Positions 7,840 through 16,743 of a stretch of 64,000 nucleotides of DNA are shown here, piece after piece. The notes beneath the pieces were generated by a model. That model saw nothing but the letters and a program-made list of their open reading frames with translations. It was not told the DNA's origin and searched no databases. Within the stretch, counting starts at the first letter, position 1; each line of letters begins with the position of its first letter. Made by a program: the position numbers and the translations under genes. Origin of the DNA: Eubacteriales bacterium (GTDB lineage Bacteria; Bacillota; Clostridia; Christensenellales; CAG-138); contig DAOTGE010000005.1 of the NCBI GenBank assembly GCA_035446965.1, positions 7,116-71,115 of the forward strand. The letters are read 5' to 3'.

Positions 7840-7868
7840 TTGACATATATAGAATGTCGATCTATACT
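7840..7868 (+). promoter_or_regulatory. Sigma-A-type promoter of the second padR-like operon, with an overlapping GACAT-N7-ATGTC palindrome
   Basis: TTGACA (7840-7845), 17-nt spacer, TATACT (7863-7868). The palindrome GACATATATAGAATGTC (7842-7858) resembles ATGT/ACAT-type PadR operators. Confidence 0.55.
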
Positions 7869-7904
7869 CATATATAGAAAATCTACATATAGGAGGCGGG
7901 CGAT

Positions 7905-8252
7905 TTGGGAATCGACAAAACGCTGGTGACGCGAAGCACGTCGCTGATGCTGCTGAAACTGCTCGAACAGGAGGATATGTACGGCTACCGAATGATCGAG
8001 GAGCTTGCCCGCCGGTCCGACCAAACGTTTTCGCTCAAGGCGGGGACGCTCTATCCGCTGCTGCACACGCTGCTGGAGCAGGGGTGCGTTGAATGCTACG
8101 AAAAAACGGCGGAGAGCGGGCGTGTGCGCAAATACTACACGCTGACCAAGCGTGGCCGCCGTGCGCTTGCTGAAAAACAAGCGGAGTGGGAGACGTTTTC
8201 GTCCGCCGTGGACAAAGTGCTGACGGGAGGATGCAGCCTTGCGTCGGTCTGA
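7905..8252 (+). CDS. PadR family transcriptional regulator
   Basis: 115 aa. MLLKLLEQEDMYGYRMIEEL...GTLYPLLHTLLEQGCV...RKYYTLTKRG. TTG start sits 8 nt after AGGAGG. Confidence 0.9.
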   Translation: MGIDKTLVTRSTSLMLLKLLEQEDMYGYRMIEELARRSDQTFSLKAGTLYPLLHTLLEQGCVECYEKTAESGRVRKYYTLTKRGRRALAEKQAEWETFSSAVDKVLTGGCSLASV

Positions 8253-9576
8253 AGAAGAAAAGCGCTTTTTAAGCAAGGTCTGCGAACAGGTGCGCTGGAA
8301 GCAGGCGCACGAGACGATCGCCCGCGACCTGTCCGCGCATATCGAGGATCAGGCGGAGGCGTTTGAAAAGGCCGGTTACGGCGAGGACGAGGCGGCCGGG
8401 CGCGCGGTGCGCGAAATGGGGGATCCCGTGGACGTGGGGCTGCTTTTGGACGCGAGTTACCGGCCAAAGCTGGAGAAGCGTCTGCTGATTTTGCTCGGGC
8501 TGCTTGTTCTGGCGGGCGTTTTGGTCCGCGCGGCGTTTTATCGCCTGTCGGCGGCCGAATGGCTGACGTACGGCGCGGCGCTGCTGCTTGGCGCAGGATG
8601 TTTCCTTTTTATGCTGCACGTGAATTTTTACCGAATGCTGCAATACGCATGGCACATGGAGATCGGGTTTATTCTGATCGCCTGCATCATACCGATTGTC
8701 TGGTACAGGCTTTCCGGCGATCGTTTTAACATTAACTATGCACAGATGCTGTGGCTGTTGTTTCCGGTTATCTATGCGCTGGTCGTCTGCCGCATGCGCG
8801 GCACTGGCGTTGCCGGGCTTTTGGCGTGCGGACTGCTGTTTTGCGTGCCCCTGGTTTTATGCACGATTGGGTTCGACACGATCGGGTTATACGAAGCAAC
8901 CGCGGCTGTGGCCTGCCTTGCTGTCACGCTGGTGGCAATTTTTACGAACGTTTTCCAAGGCAGCCGCGTCGCAGAAACGATTCTTACGCTGGTTGCCTCA
9001 GCCTGCGGCGCATTTTGGGTTTTGGTTTCCGAACCGCACCGCTTTGCGCGCCTTTGCGGGATGTTTCGTCCGCAGGACGATCCGCTTGGTGACGGATGGC
9101 TGACGCTGCGGATCCGCGAAATGATTGAAAAGGCGGTCTGGTTTGGCAAAGGCAGCGCGCTTTCATCCGACACACAGGCGTTCGCCGCGCGCAACAAATC
9201 GTTTGCAAGCGACTATGTTCTGAGCTATCTCATGTATGAAAAAGGGTACATCATAGCGGTGGCGCTGCTTATACCGGTCGCAGCGTTTCTTGGGTTTGGT
9301 TTCCGGCGTGCAAAACGCATCGGCAGCCGGCTGGGGAAACTGCTTGCCACCGCCGTACTGACGATTTTTACAATGCAGACCGCGCTGTATGTTTTACCTT
9401 GCTTTGGGTATCCGTTTTTATCTTCTGCGTTTTTCCCGTTTGTTACGGATGGGAATCTGCTGCTGATTGTGGATTTCCTGCTCGCCGGGCTTCTCTTTTC
9501 CCTGTTTCGGACGGACGCGCTGTATGCAGACCCGCCGTGCAGGCGGCTGCGCCTGAAATTCAGCATTGAAAAGTGA
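8239..9576 (+). CDS. Membrane protein: DUF1700/HAAS-like (permease-prefix-like) N-terminal domain fused to a divergent FtsW/RodA/SpoVE (SEDS)-like polytopic module
   Basis: TTG 8239 sits 8 nt after GGAGG and overlaps the padR end. N-terminus reads IARDLSAHIEDQAEAFEKAGYGEDEAAGRAVREMGDPVDV. The C-terminal region SDYVLSYLMYEKGYI...FFPFVTDGNLLLIV aligns by eye with the SEDS motifs TDFIFA..GEELG and LPxxSYGGS, but those motifs are degenerate here. Confidence 0.6.
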   Translation: MRRSEEEKRFLSKVCEQVRWKQAHETIARDLSAHIEDQAEAFEKAGYGEDEAAGRAVREMGDPVDVGLLLDASYRPKLEKRLLILLGLLVLAGVLVRAAFYRLSAAEWLTYGAALLLGAGCFLFMLHVNFYRMLQYAWHMEIGFILIACIIPIVWYRLSGDRFNINYAQMLWLLFPVIYALVVCRMRGTGVAGLLACGLLFCVPLVLCTIGFDTIGLYEATAAVACLAVTLVAIFTNVFQGSRVAETILTLVASACGAFWVLVSEPHRFARLCGMFRPQDDPLGDGWLTLRIREMIEKAVWFGKGSALSSDTQAFAARNKSFASDYVLSYLMYEKGYIIAVALLIPVAAFLGFGFRRAKRIGSRLGKLLATAVLTIFTMQTALYVLPCFGYPFLSSAFFPFVTDGNLLLIVDFLLAGLLFSLFRTDALYADPPCRRLRLKFSIEK

Positions 9577-9802
9577 ATGCGGCGGCGGGTGTTTGCGGGC
9601 AGGAAAAGAGGTCGGTACCTGCCTGATGCAGGGACGCGGTCCGGCCGGCCGTTCGCTTGTGATTTTTCAGCGGAGGGCTTTCAATGCGCGTGCCGATAAT
9701 TTAATATGGCTTTGACAATTCAGAATAAAAATGCAACAATTAAAAAAGCATTGAATATTCCAGATTTGCATTTGATATAGAAGTTGGAAAGCTGATTGGC
9801 CG

Positions 9803-12800
9803 ATGGCGATTTTGTCTGGACTGCAGCTCCCGAAGGGAAAGCGCGGGATCACTCGAAAAAAATTTGCTTCGATTGCAATAACCATTGCCTGCCTGCTTGG
9901 GCTGGCATTGGTTCTTTGTTTTAAGTTTTTTGGCCGGTCGTCCGAATCCGCGTCGGGGCAGCTTGTCATCAGCGAGGTGATGGCGTCCAACCGGTATTCC
10001 CTCGTCAGCGAAAGCCTTGGGACGCCGGACTGGATCGAGCTCCACAACGAGTCCGACGAGGACATCGACCTTTCGGGATACAGCCTGACAAACAACGTTA
10101 AAAACCTGCGGAAATTCACGTTTCCGGACGTTGTGATCGGCGCGGGAGAATACCTGATCGTCTATGCCTGCGACATACCGGAGGATGGCGGCGGCGACCT
10201 GCTGGCAACTGGTTTCAACATATCGAAATCGGGCGAAAATCTTTTTCTTTCGGACGAATATGCCGGGCTGATTCAGCAGCTCGAGGTGCCGGAACTTTCC
10301 ACGGACATATCCTATGTGCGCAGCACTTCGGGCGAGTACGGGTTTACGTATGACGCCACGCCGGGCACGGCGAACGACGACGCTTCGATCAGCGCCACGC
10401 TTGCGCAGCTGCTGGACGCGGCGTCCGGAAGCCTGGTGCTCAATGAAGTCGTTCCCTATCCGGCCGAAGGCTCCGCGTGGGCGGAACTTTACAACGATTC
10501 CGACGAAGCGGTGCAGCTGAGCAACTATTTTATCAGCGACCATTCCGACGATCCGCTGCGCTTCCGGCTGCCGGAATATGTTTTAAAACCGCATGGCTTT
10601 GCGGTCGTCTGTTTTTCGTCCGGGGATACGCAGACCGTTGACGGCTGGCTGACGGCCGATTTCTGGATTGGAAAAGACGACGTTACGCTGCAGCTGACCA
10701 ACGCGGACGGGACGCTGGAGAGCATCCTGACATGGAGCGCCGATCAGCCTGCCGGGGTTGCGGTCGTGCAGGGCGACGAATACCGCATTGCGGTCCCGAC
10801 GCCCCTGGAAGAAAATCCGGACGAAACGTGGACGTTTCAGGAACCCGCGGCGATGACGGAAAGCGACCCCGTCGTAATCAGCGAAGTTATGCCGGTCAAC
10901 AAAGGGCTGTTTCCCGATCAGGACGGGGACACGAGCGAATGGGTCGAAATATACAACCGTTCTTCCGCGCCGGTTTCACTTTCGGGATATTACCTGAGCG
11001 ACGATCCTGAGAACCCCGCGCAGTATGCGCTGCCGGAGCAGACGCTCGGCACCGGGGAATACCTGGTCGTCTGGCTTTCGGGCAAGGATACGTCGGGTGG
11101 GGAACTGCACGCGAATTTCGGCTTGTCTGTCGGGGAAACGCTGACGCTGACCGATCTTTCAACCATGCGGCAGGATACTTGCACGATCGACGGAGACTGC
11201 CCGCAGGACGCAAGTTTTTCAGCGTCCGCGGACGGCGGCGTGCTTTACTATGGAACGCCTACGCCCGGCTATGAAAACGCAAAGCCGTATTCCCTGGCTG
11301 AGCAAACGGGCTGGTTCGACTCCGGCGGCGTCTTTATCAGCGAAGTTTCGGCGTCCGGCGACACGGGCGACGACGACTGGATCGAGCTGTATAACGGCTC
11401 GGCAGGCGACGTCAGCCTTGACGGATGGTCCCTGACCGACGATTTTGCAGAGCCGGACAAACTGCAGCTGTCCGGCGTGACGGTTTCCGCCGGGAGTTAT
11501 TACGTAATCGACCTTGCGTCAGCCGGCGAAAGCGCCGCATTTGGGATTTCGTTTGAGGGCGAGTCCCTTTTTTTGCTTGAGCCGGACGGCCGCCCGCATA
11601 ATATTTTCCGGACGGGCGTGCTGTCGGCGGGCGTTACGAGCGGACGGATCGTTTCGGACGAAACGACCGAGCGCGTTTTTTTTTCCGAGCCTACGCGCGG
11701 AGAAGCTAACTCGTCCGTTTCGTTTTCCGGATATGCCTGCTTGCCGGCATTTTCGGAGACAGAATTATATTGGCAGGACGCTTTTTCGCTTGTGATCGAC
11801 GCTGCGTCGGATAACGCCGTGGTGCGGTACACGACGGACGGCAGCTATCCAACCGAAGAATCGGACGTTTTTTCCGGCGCGATCGATATTGACGAAAGCT
11901 GTGTGGTGCGCGCCGTCAGCTTTCAGTCCGGGCTGCTGCCTTCCGCGTGTATTTCGATGACCTATCTTTTTTCCGAGCCGCATACGATCCCGGTCGTTTG
12001 CGTCGCCGCGGAACCGGACGAACTGAAACCTGTTTTAAAAACGACACAGCGCGAAAACAAACCGGAATGCGCAAGCGAGCTGTCGTATTACGACGAATCC
12101 GGCGCGTTCTGCGTCAGTTTCCGCGCAGGGCTTCGCGCGAAGGGACGCTCGATGCTCCGGTATTCCCAAAAATCGTTTTCCGTCAAGCTTCGCGGCCGGT
12201 ACGGCCAGACCAGCGTGACGTATCCGTTTTTCGGTGAAAGCGACATCATAACGTATTCGGCCTTTTCACTGCGCAGCGGCGGGCAGGACCGCGGACGCGC
12301 ACGGCTCCGGGATTCGTATTTTTCGCGGCTGGCCGAGGGACTTTTTATCAACAACATTCAAACGCAGATTGTCGCGCTTTACCTGAACGGATCGTTTTAC
12401 GGCATATTCGACCTCAACGAAGAACAGGACGAAAGCTACCTTGCGTCGCACTACGGGGTGGACGAGGACGCGGTCGACGTCATCAACCGAAACGATGAAG
12501 TAAAGGAAGGCTCGGCGGACGAGTTTCTGCGCGTCCGCGAATTTGCCGCCGAGGAAGATTTATCCGACGACGCAGTGTATACGCAGTTCTGCGAGTGGGT
12601 GGACGTCGACTATTTCACCGATTATCTGGTGTTCCGCAGTTATATTGCCGACACGGACCTGATCAATCAGGCGTACTGGCGCTCGCAGGATTATTCCGTG
12701 AAGTGGCAGCCGATCCTTTTCGATCTCGATTACGGGCTGTATGGCAACGAATACGCACAGTCCTATAAAAAGGATGTATTGAGCCAGTATTTTTCCGAGG

Positions 12801-13156
12801 ATGGCGTCCCAAGCGCGGACAAATCCAAAACGTATTTCGAAATTTACATCGGGCTCAAAAAGAACGCCGGTTGGCGTAAACAGTTCGTGGAGCGGTATGT
12901 CGAATTGATGCACACGACGCTTTCGCCGGAGAACATGCTTGCGCTGCTCGACGAGATGGAAGGGGATTATCTTACGGAGATGCCGCGGCAGGTCGAGGCG
13001 ATTGGGTTCCCTTCGTCCATCGAGAGCACACAGCAGGGATTGGAGCAGCTTCGCGACGCAATCCAACAGCGGCCCGCCTATGCGCTCGAGTATTTAAAAG
13101 AAAATTTCCCGGACGAAGCGGACTATATCGACGAATTGGTGCGTGCTTATGAATAG
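9803..13156 (+). CDS. Large membrane-anchored surface protein: four lamin-tail-like (LTD) domains, a chitobiase/hexosaminidase-C-like domain and a CotH kinase-family domain
   Basis: 1117 aa with an N-terminal TM. Four repeats of the type VISEVM..WIELHNESDEDIDLSGYSL. VRYTTDGSYPTEESDVFSG is followed by CotH-like YSQKSFSVKLRG, LRSGGQD, LYLNGSFYGIFDLNEE and ILFDLDYGL. Confidence 0.8.
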   Translation: MAILSGLQLPKGKRGITRKKFASIAITIACLLGLALVLCFKFFGRSSESASGQLVISEVMASNRYSLVSESLGTPDWIELHNESDEDIDLSGYSLTNNVKNLRKFTFPDVVIGAGEYLIVYACDIPEDGGGDLLATGFNISKSGENLFLSDEYAGLIQQLEVPELSTDISYVRSTSGEYGFTYDATPGTANDDASISATLAQLLDAASGSLVLNEVVPYPAEGSAWAELYNDSDEAVQLSNYFISDHSDDPLRFRLPEYVLKPHGFAVVCFSSGDTQTVDGWLTADFWIGKDDVTLQLTNADGTLESILTWSADQPAGVAVVQGDEYRIAVPTPLEENPDETWTFQEPAAMTESDPVVISEVMPVNKGLFPDQDGDTSEWVEIYNRSSAPVSLSGYYLSDDPENPAQYALPEQTLGTGEYLVVWLSGKDTSGGELHANFGLSVGETLTLTDLSTMRQDTCTIDGDCPQDASFSASADGGVLYYGTPTPGYENAKPYSLAEQTGWFDSGGVFISEVSASGDTGDDDWIELYNGSAGDVSLDGWSLTDDFAEPDKLQLSGVTVSAGSYYVIDLASAGESAAFGISFEGESLFLLEPDGRPHNIFRTGVLSAGVTSGRIVSDETTERVFFSEPTRGEANSSVSFSGYACLPAFSETELYWQDAFSLVIDAASDNAVVRYTTDGSYPTEESDVFSGAIDIDESCVVRAVSFQSGLLPSACISMTYLFSEPHTIPVVCVAAEPDELKPVLKTTQRENKPECASELSYYDESGAFCVSFRAGLRAKGRSMLRYSQKSFSVKLRGRYGQTSVTYPFFGESDIITYSAFSLRSGGQDRGRARLRDSYFSRLAEGLFINNIQTQIVALYLNGSFYGIFDLNEEQDESYLASHYGVDEDAVDVINRNDEVKEGSADEFLRVREFAAEEDLSDDAVYTQFCEWVDVDYFTDYLVFRSYIADTDLINQAYWRSQDYSVKWQPILFDLDYGLYGNEYAQSYKKDVLSQYFSEDGVPSADKSKTYFEIYIGLKKNAGWRKQFVERYVELMHTTLSPENMLALLDEMEGDYLTEMPRQVEAIGFPSSIESTQQGLEQLRDAIQQRPAYALEYLKENFPDEADYIDELVRAYE

Positions 13157-13239
13157 GGCGGTCATGTACTGAAAGCCCCATAGTACGGCCATTTCGTACG
13201 GCTGCCCTGCCGGCGGGGCGTCGCTGCCGGCCGCCCCGA

Positions 13240-13262
13240 ACGGCTCGCAGAGCCGTTTTTTT
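13240..13262 (+). terminator. Rho-independent terminator after the CotH gene
   Basis: ACGGCT-CGCAG-AGCCGT followed by a T7 run. Confidence 0.7.
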
Positions 13263-13316
13263 CGCGCGGATTCAGATTCCCTTGAATAACAGACATTAAA
13301 AAGGCGCATACGCCTT

Positions 13317-13343
13317 TTTTTAATGGTGCGGCCGGAGGGATTT
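13317..13343 (-). repeat. 27-bp duplicate of the tRNA-Leu 3' end (partial T-arm, acceptor 3' strand, CCA) plus trailing A/T run; att-like tRNA fragment
   Basis: TTTTTAATGGTGCGGCCGGAGGGATTT is identical at 13317-13343 and 13497-13523. The fragment is followed (minus sense) by its own hairpin, GGCGTATGCGCC, plus a T-run. Confidence 0.8.
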
Positions 13344-13466
13344 TCCGCTTAGGCTGCTGGCAGCTTACGTGCCTGCCAATCGTGCGTCACATTACCAATG
13401 TTTCTGTTTAGAGGTGTCCTATCTGCATAAAAGTGTGTTTAGAAGTGGGTTTTGGGGCAAAAGGAA

Positions 13467-13501
13467 AGAGCCGATAACGCCCGAGTTTATCGGCTCTTTT
13501 T
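13467..13501 (-). terminator. Hairpin terminator immediately downstream of tRNA-Leu (bidirectional)
   Basis: AGAGCCGATAA / TTATCGGCTCT 11-bp stem with T-runs on both strands. Confidence 0.7.
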
Positions 13502-13503
13502 AA

Positions 13504-13586
13504 TGGTGCGGCCGGAGGGATTTGAACCCTCAAGCTTTCGCCGACGGATTTTAAGTCCGTTGTGTATGCCGTTCCACCACGGCCGC
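13504..13586 (-). tRNA. tRNA-Leu (anticodon UAA), long variable arm, CCA encoded
   Basis: Reverse complement reads GCGGCCG-TG-GTGGAACGGCATACAC-A-ACGGA-CTTAAAA-TCCGT-(variable arm CGGCGAAAGCTTGA)-GAGGG-TTCAAAT-CCCTC-CGGCCGC-ACCA. This is a cloverleaf with a 7-bp acceptor stem and a TTCAAAT T-loop. Confidence 0.9.
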
Positions 13587-13595
13587 AACGAAATC

Positions 13596-13623
13596 ATTTT
13601 ACCATGCTGGAATGGAATGTCAA
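13596..13623 (-). promoter_or_regulatory. Promoter of tRNA-Leu
   Basis: Minus strand reads TTGACA (13623-13618), 16-nt spacer ending in TG, TAAAAT (13601-13596). The mature 5' end lies ~10 nt downstream. Confidence 0.55.
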
Positions 13624-13659
13624 TTCGCTTTTTCTGTGCCGGAATACTAAGCCGGCCTG

Positions 13660-14229
13660 CTAAAGCCCGAAGACGATGCCGACCGCCGCACCTGTTAGAA
13701 TATAAAAGATTGGGTGGATATCCTTTGTCTTCGGCAGCTGCAGCAGCGTAAAGAGCACCGCGAACAACATGACATTTTTCCAGTTGAACAGCTGAAGGAA
13801 TCCGTCCGAGAACGCGCCGGTGATGAGCGCGGAGCGCATGACCGCCCAGCAGGCGGCGGCGATCAGTCCCGTTACGGCGGGTCGGAGCCCCGCAAAGACG
13901 TTGCAGACGAGCTGACTGTCGCGATATTTTTGCAGCGCGCGCGCAATCAGGGAGATGATAATGAAAGACGGCAGGATCACCGCAAGCGTGGCCGTGAACG
14001 CGCCTGCAACGCCCGCCGCGCTGTAGCCCGCGAACGTGGCGGCGTTGACGCCGATCGGCCCGGGTGTGGATTCGGCGATGGCGGTGATGTCGGCCAGCTG
14101 CAACGTGCCGAACCAAACGGGGTATTTTTCCATCATTTTCAGAATGAACGGCAGTGTGGCGAGTCCGCCGCCGACGGCGAACAGCCCGGCTTGGAAAAAT
14201 TCGAAAAACAGCAAAAGAATCGTCGTCAT
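13660..14229 (-). CDS. Chromate transporter (CHR) family half-size protein, second of a pair
   Basis: Starts at MTTILLLFFEFFQAGLFAVGGGLATLPF. ATGA overlap with the upstream partner. The ORF-track extension to 14331 was rejected. Confidence 0.8.
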   Translation of the reverse strand: MTTILLLFFEFFQAGLFAVGGGLATLPFILKMMEKYPVWFGTLQLADITAIAESTPGPIGVNAATFAGYSAAGVAGAFTATLAVILPSFIIISLIARALQKYRDSQLVCNVFAGLRPAVTGLIAAACWAVMRSALITGAFSDGFLQLFNWKNVMLFAVLFTLLQLPKTKDIHPIFYILTGAAVGIVFGL

Positions 14230-14759
14230 CGCCGTATCCTCCCCGCAACCAGACCGGCGAGCGCCGCGCCGGCAACAACAACGATGGGGGACTGGCCAAG
14301 CACGGCGACTGCGACGAAGCCAAGCACGCAAAGGACGATTCCAAACAGGTTTTTCACGTTCGAGCGTGCGAGGCGGACGACCGCCGCCGCGATCAGCGCG
14401 GCGACAGCGACGCGGATGCCGTCAAACGCGTTGGTGACCGCCGGCAGGTGCCAAAAGCGCATGAGCGCGGACACGATCACGATCACGAGCAGCAGCGGCA
14501 CGGTAATAACGCCGAGCGTCGCCATTGCGCCGCCCCAGAAGCCGCCGCGCTTCTGGCCGATAAACGTCGCCGTGTTGACGGCGATCACGCCCGGCGTACA
14601 CTGCGCAATGGCGAAGTAATCCAGCAGTTCTTCTTCGCTGGTCCAGCCGAGGCGTTCGACCAGTTCCCGCTCCAAAAGCGGCAGCATGGAATACCCGCCG
14701 CCAAACATGAACGCGCCGATTTTTACAAACGTAAGGTAAAGCTTAAGCAGGTTTTTCAT
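14226..14759 (-). CDS. Chromate transporter (CHR) family half-size protein, first of a pair
   Basis: LKLYLTFVKIGAFMFGGGYSMLPLLERE...AQCTPGVIAVNTATFIG is the typical CHR signature. Confidence 0.8.
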   Translation of the reverse strand: MKNLLKLYLTFVKIGAFMFGGGYSMLPLLERELVERLGWTSEEELLDYFAIAQCTPGVIAVNTATFIGQKRGGFWGGAMATLGVITVPLLLVIVIVSALMRFWHLPAVTNAFDGIRVAVAALIAAAVVRLARSNVKNLFGIVLCVLGFVAVAVLGQSPIVVVAGAALAGLVAGRIRR

Positions 14760-14762
14760 AGT

Positions 14763-16175
14763 TTAATAAACATACCACTGATTGACAAACGCGGCAAGGT
14801 AAAACACAAACAGAACCGCACAAACGACGGTTGCGAGCCGGTCCGCCCATTTCTTTTCGGTGATGGCGCCGAGCGCGAGCGCAAGCGGGAACGCCGCCGT
14901 CAGGTAACGCGGCGCAGAGAGCAGCCATGTCGCGCCCATGCAGACTGCGTAGTATGCGATGAAGTACGCAACGTTCGAAGCGCGAAGCTTATTCTGCGCG
15001 CCTGCGACGATACCGAGCGAGGCGAGCATATACACGATGCTGGGGACCCAAAGCCCCAGAATCATGCGGGTGTTGTCCGCAAACGTGGTCGTTGCGCTGT
15101 GCGTGATGGTCGAGGCGGACGCAAAGAACCAGCCCAACTCCTGATGCCACTGTTCGCTTTGATAGGTCAAAAACGTCAGCGCACTGCCCGTTACGCAGTA
15201 GTTGATATAAAGATATAACAGCAGCCCGCAGGGGATCAGCAAAAGCGAAAGTGCGTTGCCCGTCATTTTCCATTTCCACTTGTTGTCGCGCCTGTGCTCC
15301 GGCCGTTCGCGGACAATCGTGCCGACCAGCTCAAAGCAGGCGGGCGCAAACACAAGAATGCCGGGCATGCGCGTAAACGCCGCAAAGAACCCGGCGACGC
15401 CCGCAAGCGGGTAAAGATTTTTTCGGACGCTGTAAACGCAAAGCACCGAAAGCAGCAGGAACAAACTGTCCGAAAGCGGCGCGGAAAAGAGGAAGGACGC
15501 GGGTAAAATGCAAAGATATTTCAGCGCGCGGAGCGCACCCCGCCGGTCGGTGTCCAGCAGGGCGAGTTCATAAAAGAGATACGCCGCAATCACCCAGCAG
15601 AGGTTGGAAACGAACAGACCGCTGACGAGATAATTCTGAAAAATAAAGTTGAAAACCCGTACCAGAATGGGATAAAACGGCAGGAAAACAATCAGCAGGC
15701 GATCGTCGCCGGTTGCAACATAGCCGTTTTCCGCGATGTTGAGGTAATGCCGGCTGTCCGTCCCGAGCTGGTTCCAAACACCAAGATTTTCCAGCAGGCC
15801 GCCCGTGTACCCGGCCTGTCTGAGCTGGATGATATACGCCAGCACGAACAGAAGCACGCGGAAGAGCACGAGTGAAAGCGTCAGCTGCAAAAACGGGTGC
15901 AGGCGGCTTCGGCGGCCGCTGCGCCTGCCTTCCGGCGGGCGGACGGGCAGCCATGCGGAACGGCTCCATGCGCTCATCCACTGCGGGATGAACCGGATGC
16001 CGATCAGCGCAAATAAAAAGGCGGTGGCCGTCGCCGCGAGGATTGCGACCGGGTCGTCCGGCGCGCTGGTGAGTACCCAGCGCGCAAACACCGTAAATAA
16101 TATGATCAAGGGTACCGATGTAAACAGTACCCTTTTCCAGAATAAATTTTCCTGCCGAAGTCTGTCTTTATGCAT
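14763..16175 (-). CDS. Polytopic membrane protein, possibly a GT-C-fold glycosyl/mannosyltransferase (PMT_2/PIG-V-like)
   Basis: 470 aa with at least 10 hydrophobic segments. The functional guess rests only on remembered resemblance of the loop DSRHYLNIAENGY...FLPFYPILVR. Confidence 0.4.
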   Translation of the reverse strand: MHKDRLRQENLFWKRVLFTSVPLIILFTVFARWVLTSAPDDPVAILAATATAFLFALIGIRFIPQWMSAWSRSAWLPVRPPEGRRSGRRSRLHPFLQLTLSLVLFRVLLFVLAYIIQLRQAGYTGGLLENLGVWNQLGTDSRHYLNIAENGYVATGDDRLLIVFLPFYPILVRVFNFIFQNYLVSGLFVSNLCWVIAAYLFYELALLDTDRRGALRALKYLCILPASFLFSAPLSDSLFLLLSVLCVYSVRKNLYPLAGVAGFFAAFTRMPGILVFAPACFELVGTIVRERPEHRRDNKWKWKMTGNALSLLLIPCGLLLYLYINYCVTGSALTFLTYQSEQWHQELGWFFASASTITHSATTTFADNTRMILGLWVPSIVYMLASLGIVAGAQNKLRASNVAYFIAYYAVCMGATWLLSAPRYLTAAFPLALALGAITEKKWADRLATVVCAVLFVFYLAAFVNQWYVY

Positions 16176-16177
16176 GC

Positions 16178-16741
16178 TTACTCCCGAAGCGCCACGCAGG
16201 GTCCGAGAATTTCCGCCATCACGATTCCGTTGCGCACCTGCGAGACGTCCCAGACGAACGCAGCCTGCTCCATGGAGGTACCCAGTGCGTATGCGGCGTC
16301 ATGTGCGGCGGTTACGGCGTCCGGCGGGCAGTTCGGGCGAATGCCTGTCATGCTCGTTTCTTCATGCCGGTGTCCGGACTTGCCTGAGAAAGTGACGACG
16401 TGCTCGGGGTCGACACGAATCTGCTTGAGCGAGGACGTTTTTTCGCTCAGCGTGGAGTTAAGTTCATGTTTTGGCGTTCCTTCGTCGCGCGAGGCCATGC
16501 CTTCGGAGGAAACGCTTCCCTCCGGAGCAAAGGAAGGCTTTACGCTGGCCGATACGCGCGGAGCGATCGGCGCGGTGCGGACCGGCGCCTGCGCAGCTTG
16601 CTGCTCGGCGGCCATTGCCGCGGCGCGCTGTCTTGCAGCGCGCTCGCGAGCAGCCTTTTCCTTTGCTTCACGCTGTTTTTTTCTGGCGATGAGCGGGATA
16701 ATGACCCACGCGAGCACCAGTATAATCCAAAACGTTTGCAT
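16178..16741 (-). CDS. Membrane-anchored protein of unknown function, last gene of the nfeD-floA operon
   Basis: 187 aa. N-terminal TM FWIILVLAWVIIPLI, then a KREA-rich segment. The ATG begins 2 nt after the floA stop. Confidence 0.6.
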   Translation of the reverse strand: MQTFWIILVLAWVIIPLIARKKQREAKEKAARERAARQRAAAMAAEQQAAQAPVRTAPIAPRVSASVKPSFAPEGSVSSEGMASRDEGTPKHELNSTLSEKTSSLKQIRVDPEHVVTFSGKSGHRHEETSMTGIRPNCPPDAVTAAHDAAYALGTSMEQAAFVWDVSQVRNGIVMAEILGPCVALRE

Positions 16742-16743
16742 GG

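Noticed and set aside
13157-13660. An intact genomic island or prophage at the tRNA-Leu gene.
   Set aside because: The duplicated tRNA 3' ends are only ~180 bp apart. No integrase, excisionase or phage-like gene lies on either side, where the neighbours are the CotH gene and the CHR transporter genes. At most a scar or a miniature element is present.
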